A program made the translations under genes and the position numbers. Below are positions 1 through 10,268 of a stretch of DNA of 25,230 bases, piece by piece; within the stretch, counting starts at the first letter, position 1; each line of letters starts with the position of its first letter. The stretch comes from Dehalococcoidia bacterium. GTDB lineage: Bacteria > Chloroflexota > Dehalococcoidia > GIF9 > UBA5629. The notes under the pieces are model-generated. The model was not told where the DNA came from. It saw only the letters and a program-made list of their open reading frames with translations, and did not search any database. The stretch is taken from NCBI GenBank assembly GCA_030604795.1, contig JAUVVE010000001.1, positions 1-25,230 on the forward strand. Direction: 5' to 3'.

Positions 1-164
1 ATAACATAGTCGCCAGTATCAAGATACGGAACATATATTGTCTTATGCTTGCCCATGAGCAAGCTTGCTACCCTGGAGGCGAGCCTACCCAAGGTCTTAC
101 CAGAGGCATCAATGACATGCCACTGGCGTTGGACGTCCTCGGCTCTGGTTGAGTAAGTCTTCAT
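1..164 (-). CDS. rplM: 50S ribosomal protein uL13, N-terminal part (runs off window edge)
   Basis: Not in ORF track. Manual translation from ATG at 164: [54 protein letters not shown], matching the L13 motif W[14 protein letters not shown]...LMGKHK...DTGDYV. ATGA overlap with the truA stop. Confidence 0.97.
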   Translation of the reverse strand, partial: MKTYSTRAEDVQRQWHVIDASGKTLGRLASRVASLLMGKHKTIYVPYLDTGDYV

Positions 165-937
165 ACTGCCAGCTCCAAATTGCCAGCGTAATTGACTCTG
201 GTGAGACATAGGCCGTGAGCCGGAGCGGTCGGTCCTGCCAAACCGGGCATCTTTGCCTCCATAATCTGGCGCAACTCTTCAAGTCCAGACTTGCCTAACC
301 CCAGCCTGATTAGCAGTCCTACCGTATTGCGCACCTGATGAGGCAAGAATGAATTGGCGACCACATGAACAGTGACCAAGTCTTGCTCCTTCGTCACCTT
401 AGCCTCGTAAACATCACGCACTGTGCTCCTCAGCTTACCTAACGAGGTAGCGAAGGAGGCGAAATCATGCTGACCTTCGATAAGCTGACATGCCGCGTTC
501 ATGACTTCGATATTCAACTCATTGGCTACGAAATAAGCGAAGCCCCTGGCCAAAGGCGACCGAGTTGGAGTATTCAAAATGAAGTAATCATATTCCCGGC
601 TCGCAGCATCGTGCCTGACATTGAAGTCTGCACACACCCTGCAAGCACCCTTAACCGCAATATCCTCCGGCAGATAATGATTCAAAGCTCTAACGAAGGT
701 CTGTGGAGACAGGGCAGACTCACTCTGAAAGCTGGCCACTTGCCCCTTCGCATGTACGCCAGAATCAGTCCGGCTGGCAGCCATTACCCGCCTCCTCTCC
801 CCGGTAACCTTCCGTATGGCCCCTTCCATCTCAGCTTGAATAGTGGGCAAGCCAGCTTGCCACTGGAAACCATGATAATGGCTGCCATCGTACTCCACAA
901 CCAGAACAATCTTGTTGAAACTGCCAAAGAGCTTCAC
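161..937 (-). CDS. truA: tRNA pseudouridine(38-40) synthase TruA
   Basis: [21 protein letters not shown] (catalytic Asp), FLPHQVRN and [11 protein letters not shown] motifs; usual position after rplQ. GTG start. Confidence 0.96.
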   Translation of the reverse strand: MKLFGSFNKIVLVVEYDGSHYHGFQWQAGLPTIQAEMEGAIRKVTGERRRVMAASRTDSGVHAKGQVASFQSESALSPQTFVRALNHYLPEDIAVKGACRVCADFNVRHDAASREYDYFILNTPTRSPLARGFAYFVANELNIEVMNAACQLIEGQHDFASFATSLGKLRSTVRDVYEAKVTKEQDLVTVHVVANSFLPHQVRNTVGLLIRLGLGKSGLEELRQIMEAKMPGLAGPTAPAHGLCLTRVNYAGNLELAV

Positions 938-953
938 TAACCAAGACGGCTTG

Positions 954-1307
954 TTATTCTACCAGCTTGAGCTGACACATAGGTGCGCTATCGCCCAGCC
1001 GTGGCCCCAGCTTGACCAGCCGTGTATAACCTCCCGGACGCTCTGCATATCTGGGAGCCAGCTCATTGAATACCTTATCAACCATCTTCTTGTCCGTAAC
1101 AAAAGCCAGAGCACGGCGCCGAGATGATAAACTGCCCTCTTTCCCCAGAGTAATCATCCTCTCCGCCGGACCACGAACTTCCTTGGCTTTGGCCTCAGTG
1201 GTGACGATTTTTTCATATCTAAACAAATCAGTCACCAAGTTGCGGCATAATGCCCGGCGGTGAGCCGCAGGTCTACTCAGTTTCCGCCCGGCTATCCGAT
1301 GTCTCAT
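954..1307 (-). CDS. rplQ: 50S ribosomal protein bL17
   Basis: [12 protein letters not shown]...TTEAKAKE...RPGGYTR motifs; follows rpoA. Confidence 0.98.
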   Translation of the reverse strand: MRHRIAGRKLSRPAAHRRALCRNLVTDLFRYEKIVTTEAKAKEVRGPAERMITLGKEGSLSSRRRALAFVTDKKMVDKVFNELAPRYAERPGGYTRLVKLGPRLGDSAPMCQLKLVE

Positions 1308-2340
1308 CCGTCATCTTTCCTTCCACATCCAAATCGCCTTCTACTTCTGCGGAAGCCGATTCCGCGGAAGCCGAAGGCGCTTCTTGTGTTTTCTTCTTTT
1401 TCTCTTTTGCTTCAGGAACAAAAGGCAAGTCGAGTCCCCTGAGGGCCGTCTCCACCTCATCCCTAGACTTGGCTCCGAAACCAGCTAGTGCACATAGACC
1501 TTCTATGGTTTTTTCTAGAATCTGACCCAAGGTGGTGACCCCACCTCTTCTCAAGCTATTGTAGGTGTGAGTGGATAGGTTCAGCTGGTCTATAGGCATG
1601 TTGTACTGCTCCGGCGGGATTAACCCTTGCCAGGCTAGTTCTGCTCCTTCCTCCACCAGGGCTTTGGCCAGTTCTCGAAAACAGGAAAACTGCTCCATCA
1701 GAATAGTAGCGCTCTGACTGACTGCCTCAGTTGGAGATAGAGTGCCATCAGTCCAGACTTCCAGGACAAGCTTTTCCTGGTTACTTCCTTCCGTGATGCC
1801 ACTAGGCTCAACCGAGTAATTGGCGCTCCGCACCGGGCTGAAGATGGCATCTATCGGAATCGCACCGATCGGGAGGCTGTCGCTGGAGCCAGCCGGCACC
1901 CAGCCTCTGCCCAGCTCGACGTTAAACTCAGCGCTCAGCCTGGCTTCAGGGGAATCCAAGGTAGCCAAATGAAGCTCTGGATTGGCAATTTCAAAATCCG
2001 CTGACACCTTAATGTCGGCAGCGCAAACCTCGCCTGCACCCTCAACCTCCAGACTCAACTTGCCAGACCGCTGCGAAAGGGGACGAATGCGCACCGCCCT
2101 GACATTCAGCAAAAAGTCGGTGGTATCTTCCTTGACATAAGGGATTGTTGAGAACTCGTGCTGAACCCCTTCGATCTCAACCCAGGTTATGGCGGCACCA
2201 GACAAAGAACTGAAAAGCACACGGCGCAGACTGTTACCCAAAGTGACTCCAAAACCTCTCTCCAGAGGTTCGGCAACAAAACGACCGTACCTCTCAGTGC
2301 TTTCAACACACTCTACTCTTGGTAACGATAATCCAGCCAA
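1273..2340 (-). CDS. rpoA: RNA polymerase alpha subunit
   Basis: [34 protein letters not shown] and EVWTDG motifs plus alpha-CTD. TTG start with GGAGG SD. Charged C-terminal tail overlaps rplQ by 35 nt. Confidence 0.98.
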   Translation of the reverse strand: MAGLSLPRVECVESTERYGRFVAEPLERGFGVTLGNSLRRVLFSSLSGAAITWVEIEGVQHEFSTIPYVKEDTTDFLLNVRAVRIRPLSQRSGKLSLEVEGAGEVCAADIKVSADFEIANPELHLATLDSPEARLSAEFNVELGRGWVPAGSSDSLPIGAIPIDAIFSPVRSANYSVEPSGITEGSNQEKLVLEVWTDGTLSPTEAVSQSATILMEQFSCFRELAKALVEEGAELAWQGLIPPEQYNMPIDQLNLSTHTYNSLRRGGVTTLGQILEKTIEGLCALAGFGAKSRDEVETALRGLDLPFVPEAKEKKKKTQEAPSASAESASAEVEGDLDVEGKMTDETSDSRAETE

Positions 2341-2349
2341 AATGCCTCC

Positions 2350-2982
2350 TCAACGGGAATAATACTCAACGACAGCTTTCACATCGAACTTGACTTCAAT
2401 GTCATCGCCGGTTGGCAGGGCAAGAACCCGGCCCACCAACTCCTGCTTATCCAGCGTCAACCAGCCGGGAATAGTCCTGTCCTCGATTTCCTGAACGAGT
2501 GTCTTATAGTATTCAGTTTGAGTACTCCCATTCCGCCAAGCGATAGCATCCCCGGACTTCACAAGGCAGGAGGGGATATCAGTCTTACGCCCGTTTAAGA
2601 GAAAGTGGCCGTGGCACACCAGCTGTCTTGCTTGAGGGCGGGAGCTAGCGAACCCCAAGCGATAAACCACATTATCTAAGCGTCTTTCCAGCAAGACCAC
2701 GAGGTTTTCCCCGGTTACGCCTGGAATCCTCTCCGCCTCAGCGAAGAACTTGCGGAATTGCCGCTCCAGGATTCCGTAGGTATAGCGCACTTTTTGCTTC
2801 TCTTGCAGCTGAAGCGCGCGGTCAGACATCCTCTTGCGCCGTCTACGAGCCGGGCGGTACCCAGGTGGAACTTTCCTTCGCTCAAAAGCACACTTGGAGG
2901 TAAAACACCTCTCACCTTTGAGCATTAGTTTGTCGCCAACACGTCGGCACAAGCGACAAGCAGCCCGTGTATATCGCGCCAT
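2350..2982 (-). CDS. rpsD: 30S ribosomal protein uS4 (Zn-ribbon C+ type)
   Basis: MARYTRAACRLCRR...QLQEKQK...LLERRLDNVVYRLG. Start moved to ATG 2982 because the track start at 3015 lies inside rpsK. Confidence 0.97.
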   Translation of the reverse strand: MARYTRAACRLCRRVGDKLMLKGERCFTSKCAFERRKVPPGYRPARRRRKRMSDRALQLQEKQKVRYTYGILERQFRKFFAEAERIPGVTGENLVVLLERRLDNVVYRLGFASSRPQARQLVCHGHFLLNGRKTDIPSCLVKSGDAIAWRNGSTQTEYYKTLVQEIEDRTIPGWLTLDKQELVGRVLALPTGDDIEVKFDVKAVVEYYSR

Positions 2983-2984
2983 TT

Positions 2985-3377
2985 CTACACTCGCCTTCTT
3001 TTTCGAGCACGACAACCGTTATGCGGGACAGGAGTCACGTCCTTGATCCCGGTAACGGCAATCCCAGAAGCCTGGAGAGCTCGAATTGCCGCCTCGCGTC
3101 CGCTACCAGGACCTCGGATAAATACCTCGACTTGGCGTAGCCCGTGTTCCTTGGCCCGCTGAGCAGCTCCCTGAGCAGCCAATTGAGCCGCATAGGGGGT
3201 GCCTTTTCGAGACCCTTTGAACCCGGCTGTGCCGGAACTCCCCCACGCAATAACACTACCTTTGGGGTCCGTAAGAGTAATGATTGTGTTATTGAAAGTG
3301 GACTGGATATAAGCTTTACCTTCAGGGATCAGCTTACGCTCTCGTCTTCTTACTCCAGTTCTTCTTTTCCTAGGCAT
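2985..3377 (-). CDS. rpsK: 30S ribosomal protein uS11
   Basis: [30 protein letters not shown] and [11 protein letters not shown] motifs. Confidence 0.98.
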   Translation of the reverse strand: MPRKRRTGVRRRERKLIPEGKAYIQSTFNNTIITLTDPKGSVIAWGSSGTAGFKGSRKGTPYAAQLAAQGAAQRAKEHGLRQVEVFIRGPGSGREAAIRALQASGIAVTGIKDVTPVPHNGCRARKRRRV

Positions 3378-3394
3378 ATCGTCTGACCGCTCCT

Positions 3395-3784
3395 TTACTT
3401 CTTGGTGGCACCACGCTTTTGTCCGCGGCCAGCTACCGTCTTGCGAAGACCGCGCTTGGTCCGAGCGTTGGTTCGTGTCCGTTGCCCGTGGACCGGAAGA
3501 CCCCGACGATGCCTCATACCTCGATAGCTGCCGATTTCAACAAGGCGTTTGATGTTAAAATTGACCTCTCGCCGAAGCCCACCTTCCACCGTATACTCCT
3601 TGTCGATAACTTCGCGAATACGGTTAACTTCCTGTTCGCTAAGGTCCTTTACCTTAACGTCAGGATCAACACCGCTGGAAGACAAGACCCGACGGCTCAA
3701 GGTAGGGCCGACACCGTAGATGTATTGCAGAGAAATCGAGACTCTCTTACCTTTGGGAATATCCACACCAGCAATACGTGCCAT
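3395..3784 (-). CDS. rpsM: 30S ribosomal protein uS13
   Basis: [10 protein letters not shown]...[26 protein letters not shown]. Confidence 0.98.
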   Translation of the reverse strand: MARIAGVDIPKGKRVSISLQYIYGVGPTLSRRVLSSSGVDPDVKVKDLSEQEVNRIREVIDKEYTVEGGLRREVNFNIKRLVEIGSYRGMRHRRGLPVHGQRTRTNARTKRGLRKTVAGRGQKRGATKK

Positions 3785-3804
3785 CTTTCAACTCACTCCC
3801 GCAG

Positions 3805-3918
3805 TTATCCCTGCCGTTGCTTATGCTTAGGGTTCTGGCAAATAACCCGAACTACACCACGGCGCCTGATGACTTTACACTTGTCGCAAAGGCGCCTAAC
3901 AGAAGCGCGCACTTTCAT
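3805..3918 (-). CDS. rpmJ: 50S ribosomal protein bL36 (Zn-binding C+ type), 37 aa
   Basis: Not in ORF track. Manual translation [37 protein letters not shown]; GAGGTG SD upstream; canonical position between infA and rpsM. Confidence 0.98.
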   Translation of the reverse strand: MKVRASVRRLCDKCKVIRRRGVVRVICQNPKHKQRQG

Positions 3919-3940
3919 TCGCAGTCACCTCAAATCTAAA

Positions 3941-3982
3941 AGAATACGCCTAATAATAGGACTTTGTCAACAAACATGTCAA
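3941..3982 (-). promoter_or_regulatory. Tandem sigma70-type internal promoters upstream of rpmJ-rpsM (alpha-operon promoter)
   Basis: TTGACA(3982-3977)-18 nt-TATTAT(3958-3953) and TTGACA(3970-3965)-18 nt-TATTCT(3946-3941), in the AT-rich 83-nt infA-rpmJ spacer. Confidence 0.7.
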
Positions 3983-4001
3983 AACGCAATCTACTCGCCA
4001 A

Positions 4002-4220
4002 CTACTTAAATCGATAGGTAATTCTCCCCCGGCTCAGGTCATAGGGCGACAGTTCCACCAGCACTCTGTCTGCAGGCAAAACCCTGATGTAATGCCGCCT
4101 CATTTTACCCGAAATATGGGCCAGAACCTTGTGCCCATTAGGCAGCTCGACACGAAATGTAGCATTGGGCAGCGTCTCAACTACCGTGCCTTCAACTTCT
4201 ATCGCTTCTTTGCTAGGCAT
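4002..4220 (-). CDS. infA: Translation initiation factor IF-1
   Basis: [23 protein letters not shown]...HISGKMR...[15 protein letters not shown]. Confidence 0.98.
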   Translation of the reverse strand: MPSKEAIEVEGTVVETLPNATFRVELPNGHKVLAHISGKMRRHYIRVLPADRVLVELSPYDLSRGRITYRFK

Positions 4221-4229
4221 GCTACTCTT

Positions 4230-4976
4230 CTACGGTAGAGTAAGTATCTCAGGTTCACCATCGCTGATAGCAATAGTGTGCTCAAAATGAGCTGAAAGGC
4301 TGCCATCAGCAGTCAGCACCGTCCACTGGTTCTCACCGAGGCGTGTCCGGTAGTGACCAGTAGTCACCATTGGCTCCAAAGCCAAGGTCATACCCTTCTG
4401 CAATGCAGGGCCCTCACCCCGGATGCCGAAATTGGGAACTAACGGGTCCTCATGCAGGTCTCTGCCAACTCCATGTCCAGAATACTCTCGAATCACTGAG
4501 AATCCCCGTGTCTCAACGTAGTCTTGAATAGCCGCGGAAACGTCTCCCAAGTGAGCGCCGCGACGTGCAGCCTTTATCCCACCAATCAAGGCAGCCTCGG
4601 TAACAGCCAAGAGTTCCTGCGCTCTAGAGTTAATACTGCCTACTCCGACTGTTATCGCCGCATCACCGTGGAAACCGCTGACGAATGCCCCAAAGTCTAG
4701 AGATACGATATCACCCTCACTCAATTGCCGTTCCCCGGGAATGCCATGAACGATTTCATCATTCACCGACACGCACAAGTGCGCCGGAAAGCCTCGATAG
4801 CCTTTGAAAGAGGCCCTAGCACCACGTTTCTCGAGTTCGTTCACTGCCACCGAGTTCAGCTGGCACGTCTTGATCCCCGGCTTTATCTCCTCCTTCAGTC
4901 GCCCCAGAACAGCCGCCACAACTTCCCCAGCTCGCCGCATCATAGCCACTTCCTCTGAAGACTTTATGATGGTCAT
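4230..4976 (-). CDS. map: Type I methionine aminopeptidase
   Basis: CVSVNDEIVHGIPG, GFHGDAA, YSGHGVG, ALEPM and SAHFEHT metal-ligand motifs; ATGA overlap with adk. Confidence 0.97.
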   Translation of the reverse strand: MTIIKSSEEVAMMRRAGEVVAAVLGRLKEEIKPGIKTCQLNSVAVNELEKRGARASFKGYRGFPAHLCVSVNDEIVHGIPGERQLSEGDIVSLDFGAFVSGFHGDAAITVGVGSINSRAQELLAVTEAALIGGIKAARRGAHLGDVSAAIQDYVETRGFSVIREYSGHGVGRDLHEDPLVPNFGIRGEGPALQKGMTLALEPMVTTGHYRTRLGENQWTVLTADGSLSAHFEHTIAISDGEPEILTLP

Positions 4977-5635
4977 TTGGCTGCCACCGACCCCGTCTCC
5001 AGAGCATCGACTATCGCCTCGGCCACTTCCTCTATCCCCAACTTGCCCTCCACCTCAACGAGCTTGCTATCTCTGCGGTAATAGTCCAAGACAGGAGTAG
5101 TCTGTGCAAAATAGACCTTCAGTCGCTCCCTAACCGTCTCGGGAGTATCATCAGAGCGTTGCTGGAGTTTCCCACCGCATTTGTCACATATCTTAGCTAC
5201 CTTTGGTGGTGACGTTATCTCATGATAAGGCGCCTGGCATCCACCGCATATCCAGCGCCCGCCAAGTCGTTTCAATAGCTCTTCCTCAGCCACCTCGATA
5301 TATATTGCCTTGTCTATAGCCTTCCCCCGACTGGCCAAGGCCTCATCAAGCGCCCTAGCCTGCTCCACGGTTCGCGGAAAGCCGTCAAATACGCACCCCG
5401 TTTCACAATCAGGCTCATTCAGCCGCTCTGAAATAACCTGAATCGTCACCTCATCAGGAACCAACAGACCCTTATCCATGTAATCCTTAACCACTTGTCC
5501 CAGCTTAGTCCCTTTCTCCACTGCCTGCCGAAACAGGTCACCAGAGGCTATATGAGCTAAGTCCAGCCTTTGAGCAATGATAGCTGCCTGAGTTCCCTTG
5601 CCCGCCCCTGGAGCACCAAGCAAGACCAAGAACAT
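4973..5635 (-). CDS. adk: Adenylate kinase with long Zn-binding LID
   Basis: GAPGAGKGTQ P-loop, FDGFPRT, LID CGGC...CDKC, QRSDD. Start ATG 5635 has AGGAG SD; ATG 5653 (ATGA-coupled to secY) is an alternative. Confidence 0.96.
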   Translation of the reverse strand: MFLVLLGAPGAGKGTQAAIIAQRLDLAHIASGDLFRQAVEKGTKLGQVVKDYMDKGLLVPDEVTIQVISERLNEPDCETGCVFDGFPRTVEQARALDEALASRGKAIDKAIYIEVAEEELLKRLGGRWICGGCQAPYHEITSPPKVAKICDKCGGKLQQRSDDTPETVRERLKVYFAQTTPVLDYYRRDSKLVEVEGKLGIEEVAEAIVDALETGSVAAK

Positions 5636-5649
5636 CAGTCCCTGACTCC

Positions 5650-6966
5650 TCATCTCAAGAAACCTTCATAGCGGCGCATTGTCAGCTGCGCCTCTATCTG
5701 CTTCATGGTATCCAAAGCTACACCAACCATAATGAGCATCCCGGTACTGGACAGAGTCAATATCGCAACGTCGGTCACTTCCCGAGCCAAGAAAGGCAGT
5801 ATGGCGATAAAAGCGAGGAAAAGAGCACCACCCCAGGTGATATTCCTGATAACCTTGTTGAGATAGTCAGTCGTGGGTTTCCCCGGGCGGACACCTGGGA
5901 CAAAACCCCCCTGACGCTGCAAGGTCCGCGCCAGGTCCATCTGCTCAAATATCACCATGGTATAGAAGAAGGCAAAAGCGACCACCATCAAGAAATAGAA
6001 TCCCCAGTAGAACAGTCCTACGGGTAGAGGTGCATTAGGACTGAACCACTCCGTAAGCGTATTCCAGAAGTTTGGATCCTGCCCTGGCGGGCTAGCAAAA
6101 TAACTGGCTATTGTTCCTGGGAAAATCATTAACGCCATAGCAAAGATGAGTGGTATCATCCCGGCAGTATTCACCCGAAGTGGAATATGCGTCGAGCCCG
6201 ATTGGCGATACATACGAGTGCCGCGAAACGCAGTCCGTGCATACTGAACCGGAATCCGGCGATGAGCCTCGGTGAATATGACTATGAGCACCATGGTAGC
6301 CAAGGCCACAATGCCAAAGGCAATCAGACCGCCCACATTCCCCTTGGCCAAGAAGCCGCGCCCAATCATCTCCGGCAAACCCGCCACAATGCCACCAAAG
6401 ATTATTATCGACACACCGTTTCCAATACCCCGCTCGGTAATCAGCTCACCAATCCAGACAAGAAACATAGTGCCCGCTGCCAGTGACACTATTATGGCTA
6501 CAGTGGGTAATGCGCCGGCGGGACTAACAATGCCCTGACTACGCAGCAGCGCCAATTGAGCATAGCCCTGAAGCCCTGCTAAGGGTACGGTTAGCCAATG
6601 AGTATACTGGTTAATCCTGCGTCTGCCGGCGTCCCCCTCTTGAGACAAAGCCCGAAGACCAGGAATAACTGGAACCAACAGTTGCATAATAATAGAAGAC
6701 GTTATGTAGGGATAGACTCCCATCGCCGCCACGCTGAAGTTCCTCATAGCCCCCCCACTAAACAGGTCAAGCATACCCAGCAATTGATTCTTCTCGAATA
6801 GCTCATGTAGGGCATCAAGGTCCACTCCGGGCAAAGGCACATGAGCTACAAAGCGGAAAATCACCAGCATGCTCAACGTGAAGAGGAGTCGCCGTCGCAG
6901 GTCTGGCAGGGAAAAAGCATCCAGCAGTGCTTGAATAAGGCGCGGTCTAGCTTCCCGCTGCTGCAT
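5650..6966 (-). CDS. secY: Preprotein translocase subunit SecY
   Basis: MGVYPYITSSII, GIGNGVSIIIF, RRIPVQY, IPLRVNTAGMIPLIFA and GGFVPGVRPG motifs; multiple hydrophobic segments. Confidence 0.98.
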   Translation of the reverse strand: MQQREARPRLIQALLDAFSLPDLRRRLLFTLSMLVIFRFVAHVPLPGVDLDALHELFEKNQLLGMLDLFSGGAMRNFSVAAMGVYPYITSSIIMQLLVPVIPGLRALSQEGDAGRRRINQYTHWLTVPLAGLQGYAQLALLRSQGIVSPAGALPTVAIIVSLAAGTMFLVWIGELITERGIGNGVSIIIFGGIVAGLPEMIGRGFLAKGNVGGLIAFGIVALATMVLIVIFTEAHRRIPVQYARTAFRGTRMYRQSGSTHIPLRVNTAGMIPLIFAMALMIFPGTIASYFASPPGQDPNFWNTLTEWFSPNAPLPVGLFYWGFYFLMVVAFAFFYTMVIFEQMDLARTLQRQGGFVPGVRPGKPTTDYLNKVIRNITWGGALFLAFIAILPFLAREVTDVAILTLSSTGMLIMVGVALDTMKQIEAQLTMRRYEGFLR

Positions 6967-6967
6967 T

Positions 6968-7414
6968 CTAGACCCCCTCCACTCTTCCCCCAGCAGCCAT
7001 GATTTTCCTTTCAGCGGTAGCAGAGAATTTGTCGGCCTTTACCACCAGCGGGCGATCGATTTCCCCATCGCCCAAGATCTTGACCGGCTGCCGAAGAGAG
7101 CCAATCAACCTGACTCTGAGCATATCCTCGGGGGTGATTTCAGCATTAGGAGCGAACACTCTGAGTTTGCCCACATTAACGATATTGTATTCAGTTCGAA
7201 AAATGTTCACGAACCCGCGCTTCCGAGGTAAACGCTTGATAAGAGGCAACTGCCCTCCCTCAAAACCAAGGCGAACACCACCGCCAGAACGCGAGTTCTG
7301 TCCCTTACAGCCTCGTCCCGAATATGTACCGTGCCCACTGCCATCGCCGCGTCCGACGCGCTTTCTGCCGCGCCTGGCACCTGGGGGGGGCTTCAATCTA
7401 CTCTGTTCCATCAT
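6968..7414 (-). CDS. rplO: 50S ribosomal protein uL15
   Basis: [12 protein letters not shown]...[16 protein letters not shown]. Start is ATG 7414 or 7411. Confidence 0.98.
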   Translation of the reverse strand: MMEQSRLKPPPGARRGRKRVGRGDGSGHGTYSGRGCKGQNSRSGGGVRLGFEGGQLPLIKRLPRKRGFVNIFRTEYNIVNVGKLRVFAPNAEITPEDMLRVRLIGSLRQPVKILGDGEIDRPLVVKADKFSATAERKIMAAGGRVEGV

Positions 7415-7592
7415 CCTTCACTTCCGCCTTGACCAGATGACTGACCTTGGCTATCATACCCCGAATGGACGGGGAATCCTCGTGTTCCACCGTTTCATTA
7501 AGTCGATGAAACCCTAAGGCTCTCAAGGTCCGCTTTTGCGCCTTGACATACCCGATGTCGCTCCTCGTCCAGGTGATACGCAGCCTAGCCAC
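7398..7592 (-). CDS. rpmD: 50S ribosomal protein uL30
   Basis: (M)[13 protein letters not shown]...TLRALG...[12 protein letters not shown]. Start moved to GTG 7592, with GAGGTGG upstream. Confidence 0.95.
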   Translation of the reverse strand: MARLRITWTRSDIGYVKAQKRTLRALGFHRLNETVEHEDSPSIRGMIAKVSHLVKAEVKDDGTE

Positions 7593-8127
7593 CCACCTCG
7601 ACCTCCTCCAGTTCAATTCCAGCCTTCCGTCTGGCTACAGCCTCCTTCGGGTCCCTGAGGCTGGCCAACCCCACCATAGTGGCTTTGACTACGTTAACAG
7701 GATTGGCGCTTCCCAAGGACTTGGTAAGGGCATCCTTTATTCCTGCAGCTTGGAGCACCGCCCGAACGCCGCCACCAGCAATCACACCCGTTCCAGGCCA
7801 CGCCGGCTTAAGTAAAACCTTCCCGGCACCAAACTTAGCCAATATCTCATGCGGAATAGTAGTGCCAGCCATGGGTATCTTGATTACATTCTTACGGGCG
7901 GTCGCACCGGCTTTGCGGATTGCTTCTGGTACCTCCCTGGCCTTACCGAGGCCAATCCCTACATGCCCGCTGCCATCACCAACTACCACCAGAGCTCTGA
8001 AATGAAGCCGCTTACCGCCTTTCACAACCTTGGCTACCCGGTTGAGTGCCACTAGCTTTTCACTCAGTTCTAGCTCACTGACATCAACTTTGACATTCTG
8101 CCCAATTACCTTGGTAATCGCTTTCAT
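7585..8127 (-). CDS. rpsE: 30S ribosomal protein uS5
   Basis: [12 protein letters not shown]...[22 protein letters not shown]. Start moved to ATG 8127 (GAGGT SD) because the track start lies inside rplR. Confidence 0.97.
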   Translation of the reverse strand: MKAITKVIGQNVKVDVSELELSEKLVALNRVAKVVKGGKRLHFRALVVVGDGSGHVGIGLGKAREVPEAIRKAGATARKNVIKIPMAGTTIPHEILAKFGAGKVLLKPAWPGTGVIAGGGVRAVLQAAGIKDALTKSLGSANPVNVVKATMVGLASLRDPKEAVARRKAGIELEEVEVGG

Positions 8128-8137
8128 TGAACCAACC

Positions 8138-8503
8138 TCAAAACTCCAGCCCGGCCTTCCGGGCACCTGCAGCCAAAGCCTTGACTCGCCCATGATACTT
8201 GTAACCACCCCTGTCAAGAGCCACGCGATTGATCCCCTTATTCAGCGCACGCTGAGCCACAAGGGAACCTATCAGCTCAGCACTCTCTGTTTTCGTTTTC
8301 TCTGTGGTTTTGCCTCTGATCTCTGGGTCCAGACTACTGGCCGAAGCCAGAGTCTGCCCGATAGAGTCATCAATGATTTGAGCATAAGTGTATTTCAAGC
8401 TCCGAAAAACACAAAGCCTTGGCCTCGTCCCGGTTCCGCTCACCCTGCCTCTGACCCGAGCATGACGCCGCTTTCGTGCTAGCCTTGTATCAATCTTAGC
8501 CAT
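8138..8503 (-). CDS. rplR: 50S ribosomal protein uL18
   Basis: RPRLCVFRS...[23 protein letters not shown]. Confidence 0.98.
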   Translation of the reverse strand: MAKIDTRLARKRRHARVRGRVSGTGTRPRLCVFRSLKYTYAQIIDDSIGQTLASASSLDPEIRGKTTEKTKTESAELIGSLVAQRALNKGINRVALDRGGYKYHGRVKALAAGARKAGLEF

Positions 8504-8512
8504 CGATGCCTG

Positions 8513-9064
8513 TTATCCTCTTAGGCCGACCTTGCCTGCCTTACCAGCTTTGCGGCGAAGTCTCTCACCAGCATACTTGATACCCTTGCCTTTGTACGAG
8601 TCAGCAGGGCGTAGAGCCCTAATTCGAGCCGCGGTCTCGCCGACGACCTCCTTATCAATACCTACGACGCGGACGCGGTTAGTCCCTTCCACCACAATCT
8701 CCACACCGGGCGGTGGCGCGAAATCCACCGGATGACTATATCCAATCTGAAGTGACAACTTGTTGTCTGTTGCTTGAGCCCGGTAGCCAACACCGTTCAA
8801 TTCCAGGGTCTTTTCAAAACCTCTTGTAACCCCCTCGACCATGTTAGCCAGAAGAGTCCGACTTAATCCGTGCAGAGAACGATTGACCCTATCATCACTG
8901 AGCCGGGCCACTATCAGGGTTTCATCTCTTACTGTGATAGAAATCCCCGGGGGAAACGAACGAGATAGCCTACCCTTGCCACCATCCACGGTCACTTCAT
9001 TCCGCTGGATATTGACCTTGACACCCGGAGGTACGGGTATGGGACGCAATCCTACGCGAGACAT
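8513..9064 (-). CDS. rplF: 50S ribosomal protein uL6
   Basis: MSRVGLRPIPVP...HGLSRTLLANMVEGV...GVGYRA...YKGKGIKY. Start moved to ATG 9064 because the track start overlaps rpsH. Confidence 0.97.
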   Translation of the reverse strand: MSRVGLRPIPVPPGVKVNIQRNEVTVDGGKGRLSRSFPPGISITVRDETLIVARLSDDRVNRSLHGLSRTLLANMVEGVTRGFEKTLELNGVGYRAQATDNKLSLQIGYSHPVDFAPPPGVEIVVEGTNRVRVVGIDKEVVGETAARIRALRPADSYKGKGIKYAGERLRRKAGKAGKVGLRG

Positions 9065-9086
9065 GAATCCACCGTCAAAGTATTCG

Positions 9087-9482
9087 TTACCAGACGTAGC
9101 ATAGTAGTTCACCACCAAGATTTCGCCGCCATGCCTCCTGTCCAGTGACGAGCCCCTTGGACGTCGACAAGATAGCAACACCAAGGCCACCATAGACACG
9201 GGGAATCTCCGTTCGGCCTACATAGACTCTAAGACCGGGCTTGCTGACCCTCTCCAAACCCGCGATAGCTGGCTGGTCACCTATGTACTTCAGGAGGATC
9301 TTGACAACTCGCTGTGGCTTGCCCCTTAACACGGTATAGTCCGAAATAAAGCCCTCGTCCTTGAGAATCTTGGCAATGGAAAGCTTCATCTTGGAGGCCG
9401 GTACAAGCACGCCATCATGGCGCACCATCACGGCATTGCGAATGCGCGTCAGCATATCAGCAATCGGATCAGTAACTGTCAA
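9087..9482 (-). CDS. rpsH: 30S ribosomal protein uS8
   Basis: [14 protein letters not shown]...[10 protein letters not shown]...[12 protein letters not shown]...[12 protein letters not shown] start with GGAGG SD. Confidence 0.98.
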   Translation of the reverse strand: MTVTDPIADMLTRIRNAVMVRHDGVLVPASKMKLSIAKILKDEGFISDYTVLRGKPQRVVKILLKYIGDQPAIAGLERVSKPGLRVYVGRTEIPRVYGGLGVAILSTSKGLVTGQEAWRRNLGGELLCYVW

Positions 9483-9504
9483 CAGATGCCTCCAGCACTT
9501 TCAA

Positions 9505-9690
9505 TCACCAGCTTGACTTTCTCACCCCAGGAATTTGACCACTTAAGGCTAACTTTCGAAAACAAATGCGACACAAACCAAACTTGCGGATATAGGCGCG
9601 CGGTCTGCCGCATAATTGGCATCGATTTCGCTGCTGCACCCTATACTTTGGAGGGCGCTTCGATTTTACAATTTTGGATACTTTCGCCAC
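9505..9690 (-). CDS. rpsN: 30S ribosomal protein uS14, short Zn-binding type Z
   Basis: 61 aa with RCQLCGR...GLCRICFR...[11 protein letters not shown] start. Confidence 0.98.
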   Translation of the reverse strand: MAKVSKIVKSKRPPKYRVQQRNRCQLCGRPRAYIRKFGLCRICFRKLALSGQIPGVRKSSW

Positions 9691-9706
9691 GTTTAATACA
9701 AACCTG

Positions 9707-10249
9707 CTAGCCTCTACTAAAAGGCATGCCTAGAGACTCTAGCAAACTCCTGCCTTCCTCATCACTAGCTGCGCTGGTGACGATGGTCACCTCGAGTCCC
9801 CGCAGCCTATCCACCTTATCATAATCAATCTCGGGAAAAACTATCTGCTCCTTAATCCCCAAAGTGTAGTTGCCCTCGCCGTCAAACGAATCTCGGGATA
9901 CCCCCTGAAAATCCCGAGTGCGCGCCAGAACAACATTGACCAGCTTATCACAGAACTCATACATCCGCCTGCCATGCAGTGTCACCATCATCCCGACAGG
10001 CATGCCTGCTCTGAGCTTGAAAGAGGCAATAGACTTCTTGGCTCGTGTTATCACCGGATGTTGCCCTGAGACAGCCGCTAAATCCCTCTCGGCTGCTTCC
10101 AAAGCTTTAGGGTTCTGTATTGCCTCACCCAGACCGATGTTCACAACAATCTTGTCAAGTCTTGGCACCTGCATCACATTCTTGTAGCCGAACTTACTCG
10201 TCAGTTCGGGTACCGTTTCCTTCAAATACTTCTCCTTCAGCCGAGACAT
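9707..10249 (-). CDS. rplE: 50S ribosomal protein uL5
   Basis: [16 protein letters not shown]...[10 protein letters not shown]...[20 protein letters not shown]. Confidence 0.98.
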   Translation of the reverse strand: MSRLKEKYLKETVPELTSKFGYKNVMQVPRLDKIVVNIGLGEAIQNPKALEAAERDLAAVSGQHPVITRAKKSIASFKLRAGMPVGMMVTLHGRRMYEFCDKLVNVVLARTRDFQGVSRDSFDGEGNYTLGIKEQIVFPEIDYDKVDRLRGLEVTIVTSAASDEEGRSLLESLGMPFSRG

Positions 10250-10268
10250 ACCTAAGCTACACCTTTAC

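Noticed and set aside
7383-7390. G8 homopolymer in rplO (codons for KPPP) as a phase-variation site
   Set aside because: The frame is intact, the gene is essential, and the run is explained by Pro codons.
7585-9199. Apparent N-terminal extensions of uS5, uL6, uL30 (and uS4, bL25) in the ORF track
   Set aside because: The longest-ORF starts fall inside upstream genes or the promoter; downstream starts with SDs match the normal protein N-termini.
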